64,000 nucleotides of DNA, from assembly GCA_021852345.1 (NCBI GenBank), contig JAJZNL010000036.1, positions 1,179 through 65,178 of the forward strand. The letters run 5' to 3'. A program made the translations under genes and the position numbers. This DNA is from Actinomycetes bacterium. Lineage in GTDB: Bacteria; Actinomycetota; Acidimicrobiia; Acidimicrobiales; JABEUL01. The notes beneath the pieces are model-generated. The model was not told where the DNA came from, made no database searches, and was given only the letters and a program-made list of their open reading frames with translations. Positions 56,862 to 64,000 of the stretch are shown piece by piece. How positions within the stretch are numbered: position 1 is the first letter of the stretch; every line of letters starts with the position of its first letter.

Positions 56862-58085
56862 TTAGATCATGCGCCTAAAAACCATTCCCGTTCTTGGCTT
56901 TGGTGTAAAGAATGTTGATTTTGGGGGCATTCTAAACCTCGCTTGAGATGACGCCTTAATCTGTTCTATTGACACGGGATTCAACAGAATTGCTGCCAGC
57001 GCTTCGTCATTGATTACACGGTTAATAACATTATTTAACCCATGTTGATAGTTGATTTCAGCTTGGGGTATGTCATTGAGTGCAACTTCCAGCCATTTTG
57101 TCTCCAAATCTGATTCGCTTTGTTTAATAAGTTCGTCTTTTGGGTGAATTAACCAAATTCCTTCGTTAGTATAAATGGCATTTTGTTTGTTTAGGTGCAT
57201 TGTTTCTAAGAGATCTTCTTGTAATCCTTCAAATTTTAGTATTTCATAGTGTTTTCCTACAGCGGTTACAAGGTCCATAATTGAAATTGGGCCGCTTATT
57301 AATCTGTGAATAGCCTGCAGATGTATTTGCTCTTGGTTTAATTCCACAACATAAGCCAATACGTAGTCGTGATCGCCCGGCAGGTTTCCATTGCTATTTC
57401 TGATCTCGTTTCTATATGCCCACGCAGTTTCGTATCGATGGTGACCGTCCGCTATCAAAATAGTTTTTGAGTTAATAATTTCAGAGATTTGAGATATCTT
57501 TTCGGCACCATCTACTACCCAAAGTTCGTGAAGTACGTCATCATCATCGCGGGCGACAATATCAGGTTGAGTATTTAATTCTAAAATTTCTGATAGTTTA
57601 ACCGTCAGGGATAATCCCCATATCGGCGATATGTTAGTTTTGGTTGCCCGTAGCAGGTCGAGACGATCGGTCTTGGCCTTTTTTATTGTATTCTCATGGG
57701 GCAATATATCTCCGGCACCGGGTTCTTCGGCTCTAAGTGCGCCCAATACGCCTGTTGTTGAAATTACGGAGCCTGAATTTGTTCCGCTCTTAACTTTAAA
57801 TGACATCTTGTATACATAGAAACAAGGTTTGTCGTCATCGACGATAATCTTATCGTCGAGCCACTTTTGAATTAACTTTTGAGCGTATTCGTAATTGTCA
57901 TTTATTCCTGTGATGTCATTGTCCGTAGCGTCGGGAAGCTCTATTTTAATTGCGTTGGCAACGTGGCGACCGGCCAACTCCTTTCTCTCTTGAGCGTCCA
58001 CTACGTCATAGGGAGGTGATATAACCAGCTCTGGGTCAATGTCATTTGCGTAGCGTGTTCCAATAAAGGGTTTAAATTCGGGCAC
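56862..58085 (-). CDS. DUF1015-family protein
   Basis: 407 aa with the pattern F.G.RY ... PPYDVV ... ILIADGHHRYETA, which I associate with DUF1015. Confidence 0.8.
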   Translation of the reverse strand: MPEFKPFIGTRYANDIDPELVISPPYDVVDAQERKELAGRHVANAIKIELPDATDNDITGINDNYEYAQKLIQKWLDDKIIVDDDKPCFYVYKMSFKVKSGTNSGSVISTTGVLGALRAEEPGAGDILPHENTIKKAKTDRLDLLRATKTNISPIWGLSLTVKLSEILELNTQPDIVARDDDDVLHELWVVDGAEKISQISEIINSKTILIADGHHRYETAWAYRNEIRNSNGNLPGDHDYVLAYVVELNQEQIHLQAIHRLISGPISIMDLVTAVGKHYEILKFEGLQEDLLETMHLNKQNAIYTNEGIWLIHPKDELIKQSESDLETKWLEVALNDIPQAEINYQHGLNNVINRVINDEALAAILLNPVSIEQIKASSQARFRMPPKSTFFTPKPRTGMVFRRMI

Positions 58086-58217
58086 TTGTCTCCTCGTATA
58101 AGATTTACTTATCTATTTTATTAAATAAATCCGTTGCAGATGTTTAAATAATTTCAGGTCGCTTATGCGGATAGGCACTATGGACAACCTTAAAACACAC
58201 TCAACAGGCTAGATCAT

Positions 58218-59117
58218 ATGAATCGCAACTTAGAACCCGAACCTGATATAAACAAAACCCTTGATATAAACAAAACCAAAGCGTGGCTTTTGGATCTAGA
58301 TGGCGTCATTTGGCGGGGTAGCAGATATATTGAAAGAAGTATCGAGGCACTAGTTAAGCTACAAGACTCGGGCCGGAGGTTAATATTTTTTACAAATAAT
58401 TCTTTTATTACGATTGACGAGTTGTTGTCAAGATTAAACGTGGGAGACCTTAAAGTTCAAAAGGAAGATATTTTAACTTCTTCAATGGCAGCATGCAGAT
58501 TGCTTAATCCCCGCGACAAAGTATTCTATATCGGTGGCGATGGCATTAAACAGGCGATTAAAGACAGAGGGGCATTTGGAAGTTCGGTGAGCGATTTAAT
58601 CTCTGACAGGCTTTCTTTCAATGAAATTAATTACAACACCGTATTTGATTTTATAAAGCAGTACGGAAATAATGATAGATTCAAAGTGGTTTTAGTCGGA
58701 TTGTCTTTTAAAATAAGTTATCTGGATGTGGCTTTAGCAGTCAATTTAATAAAAAATGGGTCAGAATTTATTGCCACAAACAATGATTCGACGTATCCTG
58801 TTCAATTAGGATTGGAAATTCCTGGCGCTGGATCTGCAGTTGCATCAATAGAGTATGCATCATCTAAAAAACCGGTAGTAGCCGGTAAACCAAATGAATT
58901 GGCTGTCGAGTTGATCCAATCGTGTATCGAAAACGATAATTTGGAAATGGTGGTGGGCGATAGATATTCAACCGACGGAAAACTCGCCGAAGCTCTAAAT
59001 ACTAAATTCGGATTTGTGGCTTCTGGCGTCAAAGAAAATCCAAAGGACTATAAGATCGCGACGTCATACAGCTGTATTGATTTGTTTGAATTGGTGGATA
59101 AGGTCTTAGGGCTTTGA
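58218..59117 (+). CDS. HAD-IIA family hydrolase (NagD-like sugar/glycerol phosphatase)
   Basis: It has WLLDLDGVIW, FFTNNS and a late GDRYSTD motif. Confidence 0.85.
   Translation: MNRNLEPEPDINKTLDINKTKAWLLDLDGVIWRGSRYIERSIEALVKLQDSGRRLIFFTNNSFITIDELLSRLNVGDLKVQKEDILTSSMAACRLLNPRDKVFYIGGDGIKQAIKDRGAFGSSVSDLISDRLSFNEINYNTVFDFIKQYGNNDRFKVVLVGLSFKISYLDVALAVNLIKNGSEFIATNNDSTYPVQLGLEIPGAGSAVASIEYASSKKPVVAGKPNELAVELIQSCIENDNLEMVVGDRYSTDGKLAEALNTKFGFVASGVKENPKDYKIATSYSCIDLFELVDKVLGL
58242..58277 (+). repeat. In-frame 18-bp tandem duplication near the 5' end of the HAD-IIA gene
   Basis: tgatataaacaaaacc occurs at 58244-58259 and 58262-58277 (offset 18). It encodes PDINKT-LDINKT. Confidence 0.95.
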
Positions 59118-59222
59118 TTCGTGATATTTTGTATTAGGTCTACCGCCCTTTGATAATGCTCTTATTAAATCAATACAGCGATTTATCCGGCAGCGTTGAA
59201 TTGATTTTAATAATCGCAGTGT

Positions 59223-61367
59223 CTAGTTATTAATTTGTTGCGGAATGGTATTCGACAATGACGTTGAAGGTCCAGTTAATTGAACAACCTTTGCATCATA
59301 TATTTTGACGAGCCCGCCCCCAGGCGTATATACCTTTAGTTCGTATTGATCAATCTTTCCAGGCTGGAGGGCATCTATGGAAAATGGTCCGACTCCGTTT
59401 GAAACAATATTCGGGTAAAAACCTCCAGTGGCAAAATAATAGTTTAGAGATTGCCTTGTGTCCGTCGAGCTAACTTCGCGCTGCATTATCATTTGGTTGG
59501 AAGTTGCGTTCCAGACTTCTACGTAGACTCCCGTTAAATTGGTTTTTAACGTTATGTGTAAATTGTATGTGCCATTAGAATTAATCCACCAATAAATACC
59601 ACTTACGGCATAACCTGACTTGTTGCTGTTTGAAGTCATGGCCCAGTTTAACGGCGATCCGTTGACGCTTGGCTGACCTATTGCAGATTGTCCTGCCCAC
59701 GTTGCCACAGAGGTTATCTCCTCTGGGAAATATATTTTAGTTGTACCTTTGGGGGGGTACCACTTAAACAACCAAGCACCAGAGCCATGATCTATTAATT
59801 TGCAGTTTGGCAAAAGTGAAACCTGTTTTATCATGGCAAGCTGGCCGGCTACGGAAAAAACTTCCGTTCCGGCATAAGGTGTAAAGATAAAATAAGTTGG
59901 CGAAGTGTCTACGGCATAATATCCAGGACCCATGAGTAGATATTCGTGGGCTCTGCTTGAAAATCTTCCTGCAACACCCTGAGAAATAATTAAATCGTCT
60001 GAAACCGGTACCTCGTTTGCAAATCTAGTTAAGACATTTGCCGTCGGCGTAGGAACTCTCAGCCAATGTGTAAAAGCAGCGGGATACCATATGATGGCCC
60101 ACAGCAAGACATTTGCAATAATTATTATTAACAAAGCTTTTGGCACATAAATTAATCGCTTTATCTTTTCAAAGATGGAGCGCCTAGAAATAAAATACAC
60201 TGCGTCGACGGTACCGATTGCCACTAGCCCGTATATACACATGCTTTGGAACCCAGGAACACCGAATAAACCGTATTCATGCAGGTTATTCTCCAAAAGG
60301 CCGACCAATGGGACGCCAAATCCCCAGGGGGTAAAGAAACCAATAATTCCGCCTGGTGCAATATTGGCGTAAACGTTGCTCCTTCTTTGGATTAGAACCG
60401 AAGCGATACCAGTTGGATTCTTTATAAGACCTGCAATTAATTTAGTAGTACTCATTTGTGTAGGTGTTGCACCGGCAAACGCAAGGTAAGAGTATCCTCC
60501 TACCAATCCCGAGCCTCGGTCGCCACCGCTTGCCGACATAAACATAAGCCAGCCTGCACCTGCGCCAAACAGTAAAATAGCCGTAAGTAAAGGTTTTCGA
60601 TTGCCTCGCCGCCAACCTTTTTTGGCTAAAAATACCGAAATCGCAAGTCCGGCTAAATAAGTGGCAGGTACGTCCCCGCACAGGATAATAAGTGCAACCC
60701 ACAACCAAGCGCGATTTTTATCTCGATCGAAGTCCCAAGCTGCCATAATGACAAGCGACGGGGCTAATGTTTCCATATGAAAGTCAAAAGCAATTGACCA
60801 GAGAGGCCACGGATTAAATACTAAAAGTGTTGCTCCTAAAATTACGAACATGTATGGTTTGATAAATGAATTTAGATCACGTTTGCGAACTCGTTCACAT
60901 ATCCAAGCAAATGCGGCTACTTGTCCGGCGAATACCGCAAGATCTTGAACATATAATAACGTAGAGGTGCTCGGAAGAATAAAGCGTAACAGCGCTAGCG
61001 GCCACATAATAAATTCGCCGTGATTTTGCCAAAAGTGGTACTTAAGTGTTGTGTCAAAAGGATTAAGGTGACCGTGAGAAATCAAAAAATAAGCTTGATT
61101 ATAAATTGAGAAATCCCAAGTAAGTTCAAAATGCTTATATTCAAAAGTTGAAAAACCCAATAAAAATATAAGTTGCGCAATTATAAGTATCCACCCAAAT
61201 TTCTTTGCGCGCATAAATAGTTGTAGCTGTCTCGGTGTCCAACCGCCGCCGCTGTCACCAATTTTACCTGAGTCTTTAAGTTTGCGGCGCTCAATTCTTG
61301 ATAAAGCTGGTTTATGCCCAGACGTATGTTTATCTTGAGTCGGTGAATTGATTGTAATTTGATCCAT
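59223..61367 (-). CDS. Polytopic membrane protein, DUF2079-like (GT-C-like) with a large C-terminal extracytoplasmic domain
   Basis: 714 aa with ~12 predicted hydrophobic helices after a basic N-terminus. The first-loop motif TWDFSIYNQAYFLISHG resembles the DUF2079 D-x-x-x-(F/Y)-x-Q pattern, recalled from memory. The C-terminal ~250 aa are beta-rich and soluble. Confidence 0.6.
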   Translation of the reverse strand: MDQITINSPTQDKHTSGHKPALSRIERRKLKDSGKIGDSGGGWTPRQLQLFMRAKKFGWILIIAQLIFLLGFSTFEYKHFELTWDFSIYNQAYFLISHGHLNPFDTTLKYHFWQNHGEFIMWPLALLRFILPSTSTLLYVQDLAVFAGQVAAFAWICERVRKRDLNSFIKPYMFVILGATLLVFNPWPLWSIAFDFHMETLAPSLVIMAAWDFDRDKNRAWLWVALIILCGDVPATYLAGLAISVFLAKKGWRRGNRKPLLTAILLFGAGAGWLMFMSASGGDRGSGLVGGYSYLAFAGATPTQMSTTKLIAGLIKNPTGIASVLIQRRSNVYANIAPGGIIGFFTPWGFGVPLVGLLENNLHEYGLFGVPGFQSMCIYGLVAIGTVDAVYFISRRSIFEKIKRLIYVPKALLIIIIANVLLWAIIWYPAAFTHWLRVPTPTANVLTRFANEVPVSDDLIISQGVAGRFSSRAHEYLLMGPGYYAVDTSPTYFIFTPYAGTEVFSVAGQLAMIKQVSLLPNCKLIDHGSGAWLFKWYPPKGTTKIYFPEEITSVATWAGQSAIGQPSVNGSPLNWAMTSNSNKSGYAVSGIYWWINSNGTYNLHITLKTNLTGVYVEVWNATSNQMIMQREVSSTDTRQSLNYYFATGGFYPNIVSNGVGPFSIDALQPGKIDQYELKVYTPGGGLVKIYDAKVVQLTGPSTSLSNTIPQQINN

Positions 61368-61963
61368 TTTAATTTTAATTAAAACTTAAATTAGATAAGT
61401 CCCGGGCAGATATAAATTAAAATGTTGCCAATTCGTAACTGATCTTACTTAATAATGTGCTTTTAGAGCTAACAATAATTATTATATTCTATCATTAATT
61501 ATTTTAAAAAGGCATTTTTGCTCAAATGTTTTTTGCGCAAAATATTAATTTCGATTCGTTAAATCAGCATCGGAATATCATCAGTGGCTACAAAAATTTT
61601 GCGCCGTAGCAGGCGGTTCAGAATTGACAAAAAATAAATATGGCAGCAGTTATAAATATGTTCTTTAGGCTCAATTATATTTCCTGGCATAGAGGGATGG
61701 GAAACTGCTGGCTTGAATTAGTGGCTAATGTCTAATTCTGTCTCGTATAAGTTCCATAAAGTTCAGTCGCAGGCATGATCATGAATGACGTAACTATGAC
61801 AAAGTTTATTAATTCTAAAGTTCCCGAACTTTAACATTCTAGTTCTAAATTTAAGAAATAATATAGGGTCACGAGTAACCAACGTGAACAAACAAATTAT
61901 TGCAATAAAAACTTTATTTCATTTTTTTAAACATGGTTCACAATAGATTGATATTGTATATAT

Positions 61964-62488
61964 ATGGGACAATTTGAATTATTAAAAAGAACAATTGATG
62001 CTAGCATGAACATTGGTCAGATGACTTCTACGCGTGCTAAAGAAATTGTAAATGACATGGTCAAAGAAGGAGAACTTCAAAAAGATAAATCTGCTAAAGC
62101 GGTGGAGGCAATTTTAGAAAGGAGTAAGAAAAATTCCGAAGCCGTTGCCGCATTCGTATCCAAAGAAGTTAAAAGACAGGTTTCTCAATTGAATCTGGTT
62201 CGCAGAGATGATATTGAAAAAATTATTTCTAAAGTAATTTCGGATGCAAAGTTATTGATGGGAAAATCTAAGCCTGCAAGATCCGTAGGTGCTACTGCTG
62301 TTTCTTCGCTCGTGAAAAAATCTCCCCTAAAGAAGACCGCGTCAAAAAAAGCTGCAACTAAAAAGCCAGTTGCTAAAAAATCAGCGGTTAAGAAATCAGT
62401 GGCTAAGAAAGCTCCGGCAAAAAAGTCAGTGGCTAAGAAAGCTCCGGCAAAGAAAACGGCAGCTAAGAAATCAGTAGCAAAACGTTAG
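61964..62488 (+). CDS. Helical (phasin/COG3937-like?) protein with a histone-H1-like Lys/Ala repeat tail
   Basis: 174 aa. The N-terminal ~100 aa are charged and helical. The C-terminal ~65 aa consist of KK(S/T/A)xAKK repeats (AKKSVAKKAPAKK). Confidence 0.7.
   Translation: MGQFELLKRTIDASMNIGQMTSTRAKEIVNDMVKEGELQKDKSAKAVEAILERSKKNSEAVAAFVSKEVKRQVSQLNLVRRDDIEKIISKVISDAKLLMGKSKPARSVGATAVSSLVKKSPLKKTASKKAATKKPVAKKSAVKKSVAKKAPAKKSVAKKAPAKKTAAKKSVAKR
62396..62455 (+). repeat. 30-bp coding tandem repeat within the Lys/Ala tail
   Basis: tcagtggctaagaaagctccggcaaaaaag is followed by tcagtggctaagaaagctccggcaaagaaa. Confidence 0.9.
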
Positions 62489-62542
62489 AACTAAATTTAA
62501 AAAATTAGAAGAAGACTTGATTTAGAAATAGTCAGAAGAGAG

Positions 62543-63304
62543 TTGGCCGTCAGTAGGCAAGAAGCTCAGTGGCTAATTTCTGAAAATAAAATTTTAGTAA
62601 ATAGATCGGTTGCAGATAAACCATCGAGAATGGTTTCAGAAACCGATCTTATTTTTGTTGACTCAGAATTTAGGTGGGTTGGCAGAGGAGCCAAAAAACT
62701 GCTTTATGCACTGGAATCTTTCGGTGTGGATCCTCATGATAAAATTGCTTTTGATGCTGGTGCCTCGACTGGGGGATTTACACAAGTTCTGCTAGAAAAG
62801 GGAGCAAAAAAAGTTGTAGCAGTGGATGTGGGCAAGAATCAGCTTGACTTGCAATTAAGAAATGACCCTAGGGTTGTCAGTTTTGAAAAAGTTAATATTA
62901 AAAACATTCAAATATCTGACAGGGAGTTATTTCTAAAAAATAATGAGACATTTGAAATCATCGTAGGGGACCTTTCTTTTATTTCGCTGACATTAATAAT
63001 TCCCAAATTGGTGGAGGTAGTTTCATCTGAAGGTACGCAGATGTTACTTTTGGTTAAACCGCAATTTGAAGTTTCGCACAAGATTGCAAGTAAATTTAAA
63101 GGTGTAATTAAAGACCCTCAATATTGGATCGAATCATTAAAAACGGTTTACGACTGTTTTGTTGAATGCTCTATGTCTGTTAAAGGCGCCGTTGAATCAC
63201 CAATCAAAGGCGGATCAGGGAATACGGAGTTTTTTCTAATGTCAAAAGCCGATGGCGATAAAAGTATAACTTTTGAACAGGTTATAAACACATTGCGGCT
63301 ATAG
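62543..63304 (+). CDS. tlyA: TlyA-family rRNA (cytidine-2'-O)-methyltransferase; the true start is probably upstream (see finding)
   Basis: It has an S4-like N-terminus and an FtsJ domain (FDAGASTGGFTQVLL, VAVDVG, GDLSFIS). The in-frame upstream codons 62507-62542 encode RRRLDLEIVRRE, which matches the conserved TlyA N-terminus. Confidence 0.9.
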   Translation: MAVSRQEAQWLISENKILVNRSVADKPSRMVSETDLIFVDSEFRWVGRGAKKLLYALESFGVDPHDKIAFDAGASTGGFTQVLLEKGAKKVVAVDVGKNQLDLQLRNDPRVVSFEKVNIKNIQISDRELFLKNNETFEIIVGDLSFISLTLIIPKLVEVVSSEGTQMLLLVKPQFEVSHKIASKFKGVIKDPQYWIESLKTVYDCFVECSMSVKGAVESPIKGGSGNTEFFLMSKADGDKSITFEQVINTLRL

Positions 63305-63317
63305 TTAAGTTAATAAA

Positions 63318-64000
63318 ATGAATATAGGGCTCGTATATCCGACTAATCGACAAGGCGTGGACAGCCTCAAAAGGGAGGTCATCTCTGGATTGGAATCTTT
63401 CCAAGTCAGTGTCGTGGATCAGATTGACGATATCTCAATTGCTGATGTTGATTTTGTAATTACAATAGGCGGCGATGGAACCGTTCTAAAAGCTGTCAGT
63501 TACATGACGGGTAAACAGGTTCCTATCATGGCAATAAATCTGGGGCATCTAGGTTATCTCACCGAAGTCGAACCCGCAAATGTGTTGTCGTCAATAAAGA
63601 ACCTTATTAACGGTGAATTTAATTTAGAGCGACGAATGATTTTAAGAACGGCGGTGCGACGTAATCAAGGTATGGAGCTACAAGGATTAACGGCTTTAAA
63701 TGATGTCGTAATTGAAAAAATTGAACCGGGGAAAACGATAAGGTTTAAATTGTTTATAAACGAGGCTTATTTTGAAAGCTATAGCGCCGACGGAATAGTC
63801 ATATGTACACCTACGGGTTCAACAGCCTATAACTTGTCGATTCAAGGGCCTATTGTGGCTCCAGATTTGGACGCAGTTGTAATTACCCCAATAGCTCCAC
63901 ATTTAGTATTTGATCGATCTTTGGTCTTGGATTCATCAGTGCGCTTAAAACTTGAAATTGATGGTGATCGCCAAGCCTCTTTGGTGGTTGACGGTTCGGT
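63318..64000 (+). CDS. nadK: NAD kinase (3' end lies outside window)
   Basis: My own translation from ATG 63318 gives MNIGLVYP..., VITIGGDGTVL, NLGHLGYLT, ALNDVV, ADGIVICTPTGSTAYNLS. The frame is open to the window end. Confidence 0.9.
   Translation, partial: MNIGLVYPTNRQGVDSLKREVISGLESFQVSVVDQIDDISIADVDFVITIGGDGTVLKAVSYMTGKQVPIMAINLGHLGYLTEVEPANVLSSIKNLINGEFNLERRMILRTAVRRNQGMELQGLTALNDVVIEKIEPGKTIRFKLFINEAYFESYSADGIVICTPTGSTAYNLSIQGPIVAPDLDAVVITPIAPHLVFDRSLVLDSSVRLKLEIDGDRQASLVVDGS

Overview
Visibly AT-rich, gene-dense bacterial chromosome segment (GC not computed). All calls come from reading the supplied translations and the DNA by eye; no searches were run. Gene content and local synteny point to a low-GC, probably streamlined actinobacterium. 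Evidence: TopA with GRFGPY repeats and a Lys-rich tail, a paired trkA/ceoBC module next to an APC permease, a MarP-like CvpA-protease, an epimerase plus acyltransferase pair, rnc-mutM / smc-ftsY, korAB, and HAD-IIA ... tlyA-nadK. Most of the window is housekeeping: rlmN (partial), ligA, rlmB-like, tmk, topA, hppA, gmd, pyrE, pstB, mutM, rnc, acp, smc, ftsY, fbaB, korAB, tlyA, nadK (partial). I saw no rRNA, tRNA or CRISPR array. The only clear mobile element is one intact IS630-family insertion (about 38767..39867) with imperfect terminal inverted repeats and flanking TA. Six things deserve a second look. (1) An isolated GGDEF cyclase plus unclassifiable 257-aa partner cassette, bracketed by long ORF-free spacers. 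(2) An APC permease fused to an OB-fold that, from memory, is a separate gene in the same neighbourhood in other Actinobacteria. (3) A 64-aa protein next to the IS that looks like MscL TM2 plus a zinc ribbon. (4) An ECF sigma factor with an N-terminal extension, paired with a Cys-rich single-pass membrane protein. (5) Five short (14-20 bp) tandem duplications, three of them exactly at CDS starts or stops. (6) A tlyA whose conserved N-terminus is encoded upstream of any canonical start codon. None of these is demonstrated to be a new system; all functional interpretations are hypotheses.
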